Positions 29,731 through 42,034 are shown, counted from the first letter of the stretch. The stretch: DNA of 64,000 nt from an uncultured Gemmatimonadales bacterium (GCA_963798915.1 CAWCVB010000002.1:128001-192000), one strand, 5' to 3'. Notes: generated by a model not told the origin, from the sequence alone. Made by a program: numbers and translations.

Positions 29731-30570
29731 ATGATGGCAAGCCGTGCCACGTGGTCAGGCGCGATCTCGTTCGGCCTGGTCACGATTCCGGTGAAGCTCT
29801 TCGGAGCCACCCGGTCCGAGGATGTGTCGTTTCGCCTGATTCACGCCGACTGCGGTACGCCCGTGGAGCGCCGCTGGTGGTGTCCATATGATGAAGAAGA
29901 GGTCGAGTACAGCTCGCTGATACGCGGCTACCAGTACATGAAGGGAAAGTTCGTGCTCTTCACTGATGAGGAGCTCGAGAACCTTCCTGTTCGCAGCAAG
30001 CACACAATCGACATCTCGGCATTCGTGCCCGAGGCCGATGTCGATCCGCTGTATTTCGAACGCACCTACTATCTCGCTCCCGACACCAGGGGCGACAAGC
30101 CGTACGCCCTCCTCATGCGCGTGCTGGAGCAGGAGAAGCTGCTCGGCATCGCCACGATTACCATTCGAAAGAAGCAACAGCTCTGCGCCGTACGACCGCA
30201 TGCGGGTGCGCTGCTCCTGGAAACCTTGTTCTATCCGGATGAAGTGGACCTCGAGCATGGCGTGGACCTGTCCGACACCTCGGTGGCCAAGACCGACATG
30301 ACTCTCGCCACCCAGCTGGTCGAGACCCTCACGCGGCCCTTTGACGCCGCGGAATATGAAGACGAATACCGGAAGGCGGTGCTCCAGATGGTGGACGCCA
30401 AGCTGGAGGGCAAGGAAATCGAGACCCCGCCGGAACAGGAGGCAACGGTGATCGACCTGCGCGAAGCGCTCTCCCGCAGCCTGGCGGAGCGCAGGAAGCG
30501 GGGCGGGAAAAACCGGAATGCTCCAGCGCGGTCACGCCGCCGGAAGACGCGCACCAGCAAGGCAAGCTAG
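29731..30570 (+). CDS. ku: NHEJ DNA-end-binding protein Ku
   Basis: WSGAISFGLVTIPVKL, VDPLYFERTYYL, YEDEYR, VIDLREALSRS, basic tail. Confidence 0.96.
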   Translation: MMASRATWSGAISFGLVTIPVKLFGATRSEDVSFRLIHADCGTPVERRWWCPYDEEEVEYSSLIRGYQYMKGKFVLFTDEELENLPVRSKHTIDISAFVPEADVDPLYFERTYYLAPDTRGDKPYALLMRVLEQEKLLGIATITIRKKQQLCAVRPHAGALLLETLFYPDEVDLEHGVDLSDTSVAKTDMTLATQLVETLTRPFDAAEYEDEYRKAVLQMVDAKLEGKEIETPPEQEATVIDLREALSRSLAERRKRGGKNRNAPARSRRRKTRTSKAS

Positions 30571-30573
30571 GCC

Positions 30574-31653
30574 ATGGCCAGGTCGGTTCAGGCGGAGGCA
30601 GTGCTGGCGGCGCTCGAGCAGGCCGATACCGACGCGACCCTGCGCGTCGGCAAGCACCGGGTGGACGTCACCAGTCTGGACAAGAAACTCTGGCCCCGCG
30701 CCCGGCCGGGCGTGACCAAGCGGGGTTACCTGCGGTACCTCGCCCGGGTGTCGGACGCACTGCTCCGGCACGTCAAGGACCGGCCGGTCTTCGTGGTGCG
30801 CGCCCCTGACGGCATCGATGGAACCCAGTTCTTCCAGAAACACTTCCCGGATGCCGCCGGCTTTGTGCGCACGCTTTCCATCTGGACCGAGGATGAGGGC
30901 AAGCCCACCCGCTATCTGGTGCCCTCCAATCTGGCCACGCTGCTCTGGCTGGGGCAGCGCGCCGCCGTGGAAGTCCACGTCTGGTACTCGAGCGTGGCGC
31001 GCGGTACCGACGGGCGCTCGCTGGGCACCAGGTATGCCTCGTCGGCGGCGCGGCTCGAGGCATCGCGGCTCAACTTTCCCGATTTTCTGGTGATTGACCT
31101 CGATTCCTACGTCTATTCGGGCAAGGAAAAGTCCGGCGCCGAGCCGGAGCTGCACCGCAAGGGATTTAACGCGGTGCGAGACGTGGCGCTGGAAGTGCGG
31201 GACGTGATTCTTCCACTCGGGCTCGAGCCCTTCGTCAAGACCTCTGGCAAGACCGGCTTGCACCTCTACATCCCGATTGTGCGCGACTTCACGTTTGACG
31301 AAGTCCGCGCCATGGCGGCGACTCTTGGCGAGTTCGTGGTGCGGCGGCTTCCCAGGAAGGTGACGCTGGCCTGGAGTGTCGAGGACCGCACCGGCAAGGT
31401 CTTCTTCGACTTCAACCAGAATGTGCGGGGCAAGTCACTGGCCGCTGCCTACTCGGTGCGGCGGCAGCCGGCCGCCACGGTCTCGACCCCGGTGACGTGG
31501 GAGGAACTGCCGGACATCTATCCCACCGACTTCACCGTGCACACCGTGCCAGATCGGCTGGCCACCATCGGCGATCCCTGGGAGCGAATCCTCGGCGCCA
31601 AGCATGACCTGGCAGGCGCGCTCGGCGTGAGTGCCGACGCGCCGTCGCGCTGA
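30574..31653 (+). CDS. ligD: LigD primase-polymerase domain protein (stand-alone)
   Basis: TSLDKKLWP, R.PDG....FFQKH, DLD, KTSGKTGLH, FFDFNQN, YSVR, STPVTWEEL. Confidence 0.9.
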   Translation: MARSVQAEAVLAALEQADTDATLRVGKHRVDVTSLDKKLWPRARPGVTKRGYLRYLARVSDALLRHVKDRPVFVVRAPDGIDGTQFFQKHFPDAAGFVRTLSIWTEDEGKPTRYLVPSNLATLLWLGQRAAVEVHVWYSSVARGTDGRSLGTRYASSAARLEASRLNFPDFLVIDLDSYVYSGKEKSGAEPELHRKGFNAVRDVALEVRDVILPLGLEPFVKTSGKTGLHLYIPIVRDFTFDEVRAMAATLGEFVVRRLPRKVTLAWSVEDRTGKVFFDFNQNVRGKSLAAAYSVRRQPAATVSTPVTWEELPDIYPTDFTVHTVPDRLATIGDPWERILGAKHDLAGALGVSADAPSR

Positions 31654-31656
31654 CCG

Positions 31657-32607
31657 ATGCCCGCCATTCAACCAATGCTGGCGACCCTGATCAAGCCGCG
31701 TGCCCTGCCGCGCGACTGGATCTATGAGCCGAAGCTCGATGGGGTGCGGGCCCTGGTGAAGCGGAACGGCACGCGCATCCAGCTTCTCTCCCGCTCGGGC
31801 AGGCGGATGGATGGCAGCTATCCTGACGTGGTGGAGGCCCTCGGCACGGTACTCCGGTCCGATGCGCTGCTCGATGGCGAGCTGGTGGCGATTGATCCCG
31901 AAACGGGGCTCTCCGGTTTCAACCGGCTGCAGTCCCGCATCCATGTGCTCCGGCCGAATGCGGCACTGATCCGGGCGGTTCCGGTTCAGCTCTGGCTCTT
32001 CGATTGCCTGCGCGCGGGCGAGGAGGACATGCGCGGCCGGCCCTGGCGTGAGCGGCGGAAGCGGCTCGAGCGGCTGGTCAAGCCCAGCACGATCGTCCGC
32101 CTCACCCCCGTCCTGGAGGGAACGTTCAAGACCCTGTACCGGGCAGCCTGCAAGCGCGGCTCGGAAGGACTGATCGGCAAGCACGCGAGCAGCAGGTACG
32201 TGACGGGCCGCTCGAGAGAATGGGTCAAGCTCAAGTGCCTCAATGAGCAGGAATTCGTGGTGCTGGGATGGACCGATCCTAAGGGAACCCGCGAGGAATT
32301 CGGGGCGCTGCTGCTGGGCTACTTCAATGAAGGCGAGCTGCAGTACGCCGGCCGTGTCGGTACCGGATTCGACGCCGAGGCGTTGCACCGGCTCAAGGCG
32401 CTGCTGGCGCCGCTCAGCGCTGAGCGCCCAGCGCTGAGCGACATCTCAGCCATCAAGACCGACGACGTCCACTGGATCAAGCCGTCGCTGGTGGTGCAGG
32501 TCGGGTTCAGCGAGTGGACCCCCGCCGGCATCCTGCGCCACCCTCGCTACCTCGGCATCCGGGAGGACAAGAAGGCGACCGCCGTCGTGAGGGAGCAGCC
32601 GCGATAG
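31657..32607 (+). CDS. ATP-dependent DNA ligase (LigD ligase domain, stand-alone)
   Basis: PMLA, YEPKLDGVR, LDGE, FD.L, EG.IGK, WVKLK, GRVGTGF, LRHPRYLGIREDK. Confidence 0.93.
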   Translation: MPAIQPMLATLIKPRALPRDWIYEPKLDGVRALVKRNGTRIQLLSRSGRRMDGSYPDVVEALGTVLRSDALLDGELVAIDPETGLSGFNRLQSRIHVLRPNAALIRAVPVQLWLFDCLRAGEEDMRGRPWRERRKRLERLVKPSTIVRLTPVLEGTFKTLYRAACKRGSEGLIGKHASSRYVTGRSREWVKLKCLNEQEFVVLGWTDPKGTREEFGALLLGYFNEGELQYAGRVGTGFDAEALHRLKALLAPLSAERPALSDISAIKTDDVHWIKPSLVVQVGFSEWTPAGILRHPRYLGIREDKKATAVVREQPR

Positions 32608-32668
32608 GTCGAGGGTCAAGGGTCGAGGGTGGTAGAGACTCGCCGTCTCGCCGTCTCGCCGTCTCGCC

Positions 32669-33139
32669 CTAGCGTCTCCCTTCCGGGCATCCTTCCTGCC
32701 GGCGAGTGTCGGCCAGCGAGACGACTTTCCAGCCATCTGCGCCGTTGGCAAGAATGAAGGTGTCCACGCCGCAGTGGCTGAACTTGTCGCCCAGGAAGAA
32801 GTCATACTCAGCCCAGACCGTGGCGAGCCGACCGTCAATCCGGACTTCGGGATGGTAGATGCGTTCATCCCACATGGCGGGGCTGGGCTTGCCAACGGCC
32901 TGGATGAATTCCTCCGGAGTGTCATTCTCGATCAGCGGCGTTCCGTTGCGCACGCGGGCGCTGATCATGCGTGTGTCGGGCGCAAACGCCGCGCGCAGGG
33001 AAGCGCTGTCGCGCGTCCGCATGGCGTCGAAGACCTGATGGACCGTCGCCAGGACGGCCGCCGTGTCGGATGGGACCGCCTGCGCTGCCAGTGATGAGGG
33101 ACCCATGGCCAGCAGAAGGCAGAGAAGGGATGTCCGCAT
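32669..33139 (-). CDS. Secreted NTF2-like (SnoaL/lumazine-binding) protein
   Basis: Signal peptide; WDERI..PEVRIDG.LATVWAEY.F.....SHCGVD.F.L.....WK. Confidence 0.85.
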   Translation of the reverse strand: MRTSLLCLLLAMGPSSLAAQAVPSDTAAVLATVHQVFDAMRTRDSASLRAAFAPDTRMISARVRNGTPLIENDTPEEFIQAVGKPSPAMWDERIYHPEVRIDGRLATVWAEYDFFLGDKFSHCGVDTFILANGADGWKVVSLADTRRQEGCPEGRR

Positions 33140-33306
33140 GCAGTGCTCCGGAAGAGGTATTCAGCCTATACGGTAGCCAGATCCGGCAGTTTCCGCACCG
33201 TACGCCGGGGCGGCCTGCCCGCCGGCACGGACCCGAATTGACCTTTGCCGCGCCGTGGCGTAGTCTCCTGTAACTGGCATCAAGGAATTCAGAGGCGGAC
33301 GGAGCG

Positions 33307-33678
33307 ATGGCTCGTATCCTGGTCGTTGATGACGAAGAGCTTGTGCGTCGCTTTGCCGTTCGCGTGTTGCGCGGACGGGGCCATGCCACGGTGGAAGCGG
33401 CGGATGGTCACCAGGCGCTCTCGTGCATCAGCGCCGCTGCCGCAGAGGTTGACCTGGTCCTGTCGGACATTGTCATGCCCAAGCTCAATGGCGTGGAATT
33501 GGCCGAGCGGCTGTCGGTGAGCTGGCCCGAGCTTCCGATCATCCTCATGTCCGGTTATGGGCCGGCCGAGTTGATGGCCAAGGGAATCGCGGTACCATGC
33601 GCGCTCCTGAGCAAACCCTTCCTCGCCTCGGATCTCCTCGCCGAAGTCGCCCGCTGCCTCGACGCGACGGCGGCGTAG
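33307..33678 (+). CDS. Single-domain response regulator
   Basis: ILVVDDE, DLVLSDIVMP, MSGY, KPF. Confidence 0.9.
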   Translation: MARILVVDDEELVRRFAVRVLRGRGHATVEAADGHQALSCISAAAAEVDLVLSDIVMPKLNGVELAERLSVSWPELPIILMSGYGPAELMAKGIAVPCALLSKPFLASDLLAEVARCLDATAA

Positions 33679-33772
33679 CCACCCGAAACCTCACCCGACG
33701 GCGCGCGTAAGGATTGAAACCCGCACCCGCGCTCACACCAGCTCCCCAACCTCATTGTCGGTAACAGATATC

Positions 33773-35347
33773 ATGCGACGCCTGCTTCCCTGGATGGCTG
33801 TTCCCGCCGCGCTTGCCGCCGGTGCGCTGATCCCCCTTGTCGCCAAGAGCCGGACGGATGGCAAGGGCGTGTTTGATGATGTCCGGTTTCGGGTTGAAAC
33901 CGGCGCAGTCGATTCGCTTTCCGCCGATGAGCTGTGGATCCGTGCCGCCCGAGGGCTGGTGAGTCAGCTCGACGACCCGTATGCGGACCTCTACTCGCCG
34001 GAACAGATTGCGAGCTTCAGCCGGAATACGCTGAGGAATGACTATGCTGGCGTGGGGATGAGCATCCAGGACCAGCTCGGAACCGTGGTCGTGACGGCCA
34101 CCTTCCCGGGGTCGCCGGCCCGCGAGGGCGGGGTGCAGCCGGGCGATCGCATTGTGCAGGTGGACAGCACGCTCACGCACGGGCTCAAGCTCGATCAGGT
34201 GTCGGACCGACTCATCGGCAAGCCCGGCACCTCGGTGGACGTGATCTTTGGACGGCCAGGCGTGTCCCAGCCAATCCGCATGCGTTTTGTCCGGGCACGC
34301 ATCCACGTTCCAGCGGTGCCCTACGCCATGATGCTCGATGGCAAGGTGGGCTATGTCCCGCTGCAGCGCTTCAGCGACTCGGCTGGCGTTGAAGTCGGTG
34401 AATCCATCTCCCGGCTCCGGCAGCAGGGGGCGAAAGGATTCGTGCTCGATCTCCGGGGCAATCCGGGGGGAAGCCTGACGCAGGCCGTCTCGGTCAGCGA
34501 GCGGTTTCTTGCACCAGGACAGCAGGTCGTCGCGGTGCGCTATCGTGATCGTGAGCCCGAGATTGGCCTCGCCGGATCGTTCGCCGGTGCCGGGGCGTTG
34601 CGTGCTGGTGAGCCGGTCATCGTGCTGGTGGACGGCAGCGCGGCCAGCGCAGCCGAGATCGTCGCCGGCGCCCTGCAGGACCATGATCGCGCCCTGGTGG
34701 TGGGAACGACATCATACGGGAAGGGCGTGGTGCAGAGTCTGTACCCGCTGCGCGACGGGTGGGCGCTCAAGCTCACCACGGCCCGGTGGTATACGCCCAG
34801 CGGGCGCAGCATCCAGCGGGATCGCCAGGTCATCAACGGCCGCTACACGCTGGTGACACCGGATTCGCTGGAGACCGACTCGGTCAGGCGGTCACGCCCG
34901 GCCTTCAAGTCGGACAAGGGCCGGGTGGTATATGGCGGCGGCGGCATCACCCCGGACGTGGTGATCCCGGCCGACACCATCTCCACGCCGGAACAGAATT
35001 TCCTGAAGGCCATCGCTCCCGAATCGCAGAAGGCGTACCGGGCATTCTATGAGGTGGCGCTGCAGATGCGGCCAAAGGTGCGTCCCGGCTTCCGCGTGAC
35101 GCCGGCGTGGCGCGACAGCGTGTTCGGCCGCATGACCCGGGACGCGGTCCCGGTGACGCGGGCACAGTTTGACAGCGCTACCGGCCTGGTGGACCGGCTC
35201 ATCAGCCAGCAGGCCGCGGTCATTGCCTTCGGCGACTCGGCGGCGTTCCGCCGCCGGATCGACGACGACGCCCAGTTGCATCGTGCGCTCGCCCTGCTGG
35301 AAACCGCGCACGACCAGGCCCAGCTGTTTGCGGTAGCGGGGGAGTAG
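33773..35347 (+). CDS. S41 carboxy-terminal processing protease with PDZ domain
   Basis: LDDPY, YAGVG, LDLRGNPGG, AASAAEI.AGALQD, GKG.VQ, TTARWYTPSGRSIQ, GGGITPD. Confidence 0.93.
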   Translation: MRRLLPWMAVPAALAAGALIPLVAKSRTDGKGVFDDVRFRVETGAVDSLSADELWIRAARGLVSQLDDPYADLYSPEQIASFSRNTLRNDYAGVGMSIQDQLGTVVVTATFPGSPAREGGVQPGDRIVQVDSTLTHGLKLDQVSDRLIGKPGTSVDVIFGRPGVSQPIRMRFVRARIHVPAVPYAMMLDGKVGYVPLQRFSDSAGVEVGESISRLRQQGAKGFVLDLRGNPGGSLTQAVSVSERFLAPGQQVVAVRYRDREPEIGLAGSFAGAGALRAGEPVIVLVDGSAASAAEIVAGALQDHDRALVVGTTSYGKGVVQSLYPLRDGWALKLTTARWYTPSGRSIQRDRQVINGRYTLVTPDSLETDSVRRSRPAFKSDKGRVVYGGGGITPDVVIPADTISTPEQNFLKAIAPESQKAYRAFYEVALQMRPKVRPGFRVTPAWRDSVFGRMTRDAVPVTRAQFDSATGLVDRLISQQAAVIAFGDSAAFRRRIDDDAQLHRALALLETAHDQAQLFAVAGE

Positions 35348-35385
35348 GGGCCCGGCCTGCCGGGCCCGGCAAGCCGGGCCCCTAC
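35344..35385. repeat. GTAG-type REP palindrome overlapping the S41 stop codon
   Basis: GTAGGGGCCCGGC...GCCGGGCCCCTAC. Confidence 0.8.
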
Positions 35386-35405
35386 GGCCCGTCTCGCCCG
35401 TCCTG

Positions 35406-35714
35406 TTATCTCACATGCCGGAACATCAACTCGATCAGTTCGTCATATGTGGCGTCGGCCTTGACCGGATCATCGGAGCGGATGGCCGAGGTGGCGCAGT
35501 GCTTCAGGTGATTGCGCATCAGCTCCCGGCTGACCGCGCGCAGGGCCTCGTGCACTGACGCGATCTGGGTCATGACATCGGCGCAATAGCGGTCCTCCTC
35601 CACCATCTTCTGCAGCCCGCGCACTTGGCCCTCGATGCGGCGGAGCCGGCGGATGTTCTTGTCCTTGAGGGCCGGATCCACGGCGACGGCATGGCGGGAC
35701 TGCTTCACGGGCAT
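35406..35714 (-). CDS. csoR: Copper-sensing repressor CsoR
   Basis: RLRRIEGQVRG, RYCADV, NHLKHC (C-H-C ligand set). Confidence 0.92.
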   Translation of the reverse strand: MPVKQSRHAVAVDPALKDKNIRRLRRIEGQVRGLQKMVEEDRYCADVMTQIASVHEALRAVSRELMRNHLKHCATSAIRSDDPVKADATYDELIELMFRHVR

Positions 35715-35824
35715 CTTCGCTCCTTCTCGGATTCATGCCGGTTCAGGTCGTCGGTCGTCGGTCATCACGGGCTGTTGACGACAGATGACCGAAGACTGAC
35801 GACTCTCTTCGACCGTGCACCCGC

Positions 35825-38152
35825 CTAGGCCCGCCGCAAACGCAGACTGTTGGTCACCACGCTCACCGAGCTCATCGCCATCGCGGCGCTGGCAATCACC
35901 GGGCTCAGCATGATGCCAAAGGCGGGGTAGAGCACGCCGGCGGCCACCGGAATCCCCACCACGTTGTAGATGAAAGCCCAGAACAGATTCTGCTTCATGG
36001 TGCGCATGGTGCGCCGGGAGAGCCGGATCGCATCAGCGACGCCGGTGAGGTCGCCTCGCATGAGCGTCACGTCGCCGGCGTCCATTGCGATATCGGTGCC
36101 GGTGCCCATCGCGATGCCGATGTCAGCCTGAGCCAGCGCCGGCGCGTCATTGATGCCGTCGCCCACCATGGCCACGACGTGCCCCTCGGCCTGCAGGCGC
36201 TTGACTTCGGCCACCTTGCCTTCCGGCAGGACATTGGCCACGACCCGCGAAATCCCCACGTCCTGCGCGATGGCATGGCCGGTCTGCTCGTTGTCGCCCG
36301 TGAGCAGGACCAGGTCGAGTCCCAGATCGCGCAGCTGCTGCAGCGCCCGGCGACTCGTCTCCTTCACCGGGTCGGCAATGGCGACGAGGCCCGCGGCCGC
36401 TCCATCCACCGCCACCGCCACCACGGTGCGGCCGGCGCCCGCAAGACGCTCCTGGTCTGCTGCGACAGTCGTGAACGGAACGCCATGCTCGCTGAGGAGT
36501 CGGCCGCCTCCGACCATCACCTGCCTGCCGTCCACAACGCCCTGCACACCCTTGCCGGTAAACGAGACAAAGTCGGATGCCTCCGCGAGAGCAATGCCGC
36601 GACTCCGGGCGGCCTCCACAATGGCGTCTGCCAACGGGTGCTCCGAGACGCGCTCAAGGGATGCGGCGAGCCGGAGCAGCGCGGCGGCGTCCAGCGAGCC
36701 GGTGGTGACGATCTCCTGCACCGACGGGCGACCCTCGGTGACGGTGCCTGTCTTGTCCAGCACCACCGTGTCCACCATGCCGGCGCGCTCCAGGATTTCG
36801 CCGCCCTTGATCAGCACGCCCCGCTCGGCTCCCCGGCCGGTTGCCACCATGACCGCGGTCGGCACGGCGAGCCCCATGGCGCAGGGGCACGCGATGATCA
36901 GCACCGCCACGCCGGCGGCAAAGGCGCGAACCAGACCCCCTGACCCGCTGGCCATGAACCAGATCACGAAGGTGGCAATGGCAATCGAGATGACCGTCGG
37001 CACGAAGATTCCGCTGATGCGGTCCGCCAGCCGCTGAATCGGGGCGCGCGAACCCTGCGCCTCGCGCATCAGGGTGACGATGCGCGCCAGCACGCTGTCG
37101 CGTCCCAACGTCGTGGAGCGAAGCCGGAAGCTTCCGGTGCGGTTGACCGTGCCACCAATCACGCTGCTCCCCACGACCTTCTCCACCGGCATGGACTCGC
37201 CGGTGAGCATGCTTTCATCCACGGCGCTGCTTCCGCTCACGACCTCACCGTCCACCGGAATCCGCTCGCCCGGCCGCACCACGACCACGTCACTGTGGGC
37301 CAGCTCGGCGACGGGGATGTCCTGCTCCTGGCCGTTCCGGATGACGCGCGCGGTTGATGGCTGCAGGCCGGCCAGCCCGCGCAGGGCGGAGGCGGTGCGG
37401 TATTTGGCGCGCGCCTCCAGCGCGTTGCCCACCAGGATCAGGGCGATGATCAGGATCACGGCTTCGTAATACACATCGGGAGCGAGGCCGTGCGACGTGA
37501 AGATGCCAGGCGCGACGGTGGCCACGACCGAGTAGAGAAAGGCGGCGCCAGTGCCGGTGGCGATCAGCGTATTCATGTCCGCGGAATGATGGCGGAACGA
37601 GGTCCAGGCGCCCACGTAGAAATGGCGGCCGGCCCACAGCATCGTGAGCAGAGTGAGGGCAAGGAGAAGGCCGAGGAGAACGGCGGACGGTGCGTCATGG
37701 AGCCAGGGAATGGCAGCTTCGATGGGCGGGGTGACGTGCCTGGCCACCCAGGCCATGAACGGGTCCGCAGCGGCGCCGGCATGACGGGCCATGAGCGGCA
37801 TGGAAGCGACCATGGCGATGGCGCCAGCGATTCCCGCCACGATGGCCTTGCGCTTCAGTTCGCGGAACTCGGCCGCTCGGGCAGCGTCGTGTGCTTCCTG
37901 TTCTTCCTGTGCCGAGCGAGCGGTGTCGGGGAGTTCGGCGGCGTAGCCGGTGTCGTGGACCGTAGCGATGAGCGCGTCGGTGCTGGTGGCTTCGGGATCG
38001 AAGGCAACCGTCGCGCTGCCGGTCATCAGGTTGACCGAGGCGCTGGCGACGCCCGGCGTCTTCTCGAGGGCGCGCTGCACCCGCGCCTGGCAGGCGGCGC
38101 AATGCATGCCGGAGACTGAGAGCTCGATCCTGGTGGTATCGGTGGCAGTCAT
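35825..38152 (-). CDS. copA: Copper-translocating P1B-type ATPase
   Basis: [38 protein letters not shown]. Confidence 0.96.
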   Translation of the reverse strand: MTATDTTRIELSVSGMHCAACQARVQRALEKTPGVASASVNLMTGSATVAFDPEATSTDALIATVHDTGYAAELPDTARSAQEEQEAHDAARAAEFRELKRKAIVAGIAGAIAMVASMPLMARHAGAAADPFMAWVARHVTPPIEAAIPWLHDAPSAVLLGLLLALTLLTMLWAGRHFYVGAWTSFRHHSADMNTLIATGTGAAFLYSVVATVAPGIFTSHGLAPDVYYEAVILIIALILVGNALEARAKYRTASALRGLAGLQPSTARVIRNGQEQDIPVAELAHSDVVVVRPGERIPVDGEVVSGSSAVDESMLTGESMPVEKVVGSSVIGGTVNRTGSFRLRSTTLGRDSVLARIVTLMREAQGSRAPIQRLADRISGIFVPTVISIAIATFVIWFMASGSGGLVRAFAAGVAVLIIACPCAMGLAVPTAVMVATGRGAERGVLIKGGEILERAGMVDTVVLDKTGTVTEGRPSVQEIVTTGSLDAAALLRLAASLERVSEHPLADAIVEAARSRGIALAEASDFVSFTGKGVQGVVDGRQVMVGGGRLLSEHGVPFTTVAADQERLAGAGRTVVAVAVDGAAAGLVAIADPVKETSRRALQQLRDLGLDLVLLTGDNEQTGHAIAQDVGISRVVANVLPEGKVAEVKRLQAEGHVVAMVGDGINDAPALAQADIGIAMGTGTDIAMDAGDVTLMRGDLTGVADAIRLSRRTMRTMKQNLFWAFIYNVVGIPVAAGVLYPAFGIMLSPVIASAAMAMSSVSVVTNSLRLRRA

Positions 38153-38155
38153 CAG

Positions 38156-38542
38156 TTACTCCGCAATCAGCCGGCCGTGCAGCATGCTCATGCCGCACAT
38201 GAACGAATGCTCTCCCGGCTCGGGCGCTGGCAGGTCGATGACGGTGCGCTCATGGGCCGGCAGGAATCGGCGGATGTTGAAGTCGGGAAAGACGACCTCC
38301 TCCGAACAGCTGGCGCTTTCCTGGCGGTCAAAGGTGAGCCGCACCGGGGCGCCACTCCGGACCCGGATGGTGGAGGGCTCGTAGCCACCCCGCACCACGA
38401 TGGTGGCTTCCTGCGTGGCACCGGCGTCTCCGCCGGTGACAGCCTGGCCAGCCTGCCGCCGCGGCGCGACGAAGAAATACCAGTTGACCCAGGCGATGGC
38501 GGCGAGCCCCAGCAGGAGCACCGTCCAGTCGGCGACATTCAT
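38156..38542 (-). CDS. Membrane-anchored cupredoxin-domain protein (CupA-like)
   Basis: N-terminal TM helix; GGYEP, SCSEEVVFPDF, FMCGMSMLHG. Confidence 0.88.
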   Translation of the reverse strand: MNVADWTVLLLGLAAIAWVNWYFFVAPRRQAGQAVTGGDAGATQEATIVVRGGYEPSTIRVRSGAPVRLTFDRQESASCSEEVVFPDFNIRRFLPAHERTVIDLPAPEPGEHSFMCGMSMLHGRLIAE

Positions 38543-38548
38543 GACCAT

Positions 38549-38577
38549 AGGATACCGGGGTGTGGTATTTTTGGCAA
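38549..38577 (-). promoter_or_regulatory. Cop operon promoter containing a CsoR-type operator
   Basis: Minus strand TTGCCA-17-TATCCT; inverted repeat ATACC-GGGGTGT-GGTAT (38552-38568) with a G-tract. Confidence 0.8.
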
Positions 38578-38710
38578 GCCGGCTGGACGGGCGGGGGCGG
38601 CCTCCTCACGGGACTGAAAGTCCCTGCTCGGCTCGTGTCGCGCGGCCGAAAGCCGCTGCTCGGCCCATGTCGCCTGCGGCGACACTGCCTGAGACGGATC
38701 TCACAGCAGG

Positions 38711-38872
38711 TGTCATCCAGAGGCCGCACCGCGGCCGAAGGATCTACTGGTCCGGGTCCCGACGCCGGTGAGTAGATCCTTCGCTTCGCTCAGGATGACA
38801 GATCTCGCGGACCGACGACCGACGACTGACGACCGACGACCGACGACCGACGACCGACGACCGACGACTGAC
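38711..38872. repeat. CGTC/TGTC-type REP doublet followed by 9 GACCGAC heptamers
   Basis: TGTCATCC...GAAGGATCTACT / AGTAGATCCTTC...GGATGACA; heptamers at 38810-38872. Confidence 0.85.
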
Positions 38873-38951
38873 GGCCATTTGCCCGTCCCGCCGTCCTCCC
38901 GCCCTATATTTCAGCCTCCCTGCTCCCGTCCTCCCGTCAGAGGCTCACCAG

Positions 38952-39482
38952 ATGAACCGCTGGATCACTGCTCTCGTCGTCCCGATCGCCCTCGCTGGCA
39001 CCGCCTGTTCCTCTCATGACGCGGCGCCGGCAGACCGGGCCCCGGCCAGTCAGGCTACCGGTGACGACATGGCCGACGTGACCAGCTACAAGCTGTCGAT
39101 GGATAAAGTGGACAAGTTCTTCCAAGCCCAGCGCAACATGGCACTCAAGATGAAGAAGATGACTCCCGCCCAGCAGGAAGCGCTCAGTCTCGATGGCAGC
39201 GGGGGGATGGCGGGCATGGCCAAGCGGATCGAATCCAGCCCGGAGTGGGCTGCGGCCATCCGGGACGCCGGGCTGGCGCCGCGCGAGTATGTCACCCTGA
39301 CCATGAGCCTGCTGCATTCGGCCATGGCGGCTTCCATGCTCCAGATGCACCCGAATGCCAATCAGGACTCGCTGATCCAGGTGATGAACGCCAGCAAGGA
39401 CAACGTGACGTTCCTGCAGCAGCATCAGGCGGAAATCAATGCCAAACGCGCGGCGATGGAGAAGGAATTAGGAGGGTCGTAG
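38952..39482 (+). CDS. Hypothetical lipoprotein (helical, Met-rich)
   Basis: Lipobox-like GTAC; RBS GAGG. Confidence 0.75.
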   Translation: MNRWITALVVPIALAGTACSSHDAAPADRAPASQATGDDMADVTSYKLSMDKVDKFFQAQRNMALKMKKMTPAQQEALSLDGSGGMAGMAKRIESSPEWAAAIRDAGLAPREYVTLTMSLLHSAMAASMLQMHPNANQDSLIQVMNASKDNVTFLQQHQAEINAKRAAMEKELGGS

Positions 39483-39558
39483 GGGCGGGTCTAAGACCCG
39501 CCCCTACGACGACCCGCCCCTACGACGACCCGCCCCTACGACGACCCGCCCCTACGAC
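39479..39558. repeat. GTAG REP hairpin whose 3' arm is amplified as a 16-bp tandem repeat
   Basis: GTAGGGGCGGGTC-TAA-GACCCGCCCCTAC; GACCCGCCCCTACGAC x4. Confidence 0.9.
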
Positions 39559-39576
39559 CCTCCTGTACCCTACGCC

Positions 39577-41055
<1,479 letters not shown>

Positions 41056-41075
41056 GATGTCCTCATCACTCTGGT

Positions 41076-42011
41076 TCAGGTATCACGACGCGTGCCGGTG
41101 GCCGCAAAGAGCAGCGGGCCCCTGGCCGCCGGACTGGCGGGGAGGCGCCGCACGCGCACGCGGTCAAATCCCGCGGTATCCATCCATGCGCCGATCTGTC
41201 CGTCGGAAAAACCCTGCCATACGTGGCCCATCTGCTGACGATATTCATCCCGCTCATGCGGCACCATGTCCACCACCAGGACCTTGCCGCCCGGCTTGAG
41301 TGTACGCGCGGCCTCGGAGAGGACGCGCTCGGGATCCACGGCATGATGGAGCACCAGCATCAGGAGCGCGGCATCGAGTTCCGCCGGCTCGAGAGGCAGC
41401 GACCCAAGGTCCCCAAGACGAAGCTCCACATTGTCGAGGCCGTCCAGCCGCCGCCGGGCCGCGTGCAGCATGGCCCGGCTCTCGTCCACCGCGATGACGC
41501 GAGCCACAAAGGGCGCCAATGTCGCCGTGAGCTGGCCGGTGCCACAGCCGAGGTCGCCCACTACCCAGCGCTCGTCCAGCAGAGCGGGAAGCGCCTGCAG
41601 GTCGGCGGTGTCGCCGAACAACTCGGTGCGCATTGCGTCCCACTGGCCGGCACTGGTCGCGAAGAACGCACGGCTCCGCGCGCGCCGCTCGGCAAGGACG
41701 CCCTTGAGCCGCTCTGCATCGTGGACCACCTGCGGCGCCTCGGCCAGCCCCTCGCTCACGAGTTGCCAGAGCCGGCGCTGCTCGGCGGCCAGCGGTGAGG
41801 TCATCCGATACTGCCGGCTGGTTCCCTCGGAGCGGGCCACCACCCAGCCATCGTCGGCCAGGATCCGCAGGTGCCGGCTCACGGTACTCTGCGGAAGCTG
41901 AAGCACGGCACAGAGTTCCGAGACCGCGAGTTCGTGCTGCTCCAGTAGCAGGAGCAAGCGGGCCCGGGTCTGGTCGGAGAGCGTGGCGAGCTGGTCAAGA
42001 ACCTCGGTCAT
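41076..42011 (-). CDS. sahR: ArsR HTH-SAM methyltransferase fusion regulator (SahR-like)
   Basis: ArsR HTH ([11 protein letters not shown]) plus DLGCGTG methyltransferase domain; directly upstream of ahcY. Confidence 0.85.
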   Translation of the reverse strand: MTEVLDQLATLSDQTRARLLLLLEQHELAVSELCAVLQLPQSTVSRHLRILADDGWVVARSEGTSRQYRMTSPLAAEQRRLWQLVSEGLAEAPQVVHDAERLKGVLAERRARSRAFFATSAGQWDAMRTELFGDTADLQALPALLDERWVVGDLGCGTGQLTATLAPFVARVIAVDESRAMLHAARRRLDGLDNVELRLGDLGSLPLEPAELDAALLMLVLHHAVDPERVLSEAARTLKPGGKVLVVDMVPHERDEYRQQMGHVWQGFSDGQIGAWMDTAGFDRVRVRRLPASPAARGPLLFAATGTRRDT

Positions 42012-42012
42012 A

Positions 42013-42034
42013 TCAATCCGTTTAGCCGGATTGA
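42013..42034. promoter_or_regulatory. Palindromic operator (putative SahR site)
   Basis: TCAATCCG-TTTAGC-CGGATTGA next to the start codon. Confidence 0.7.
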
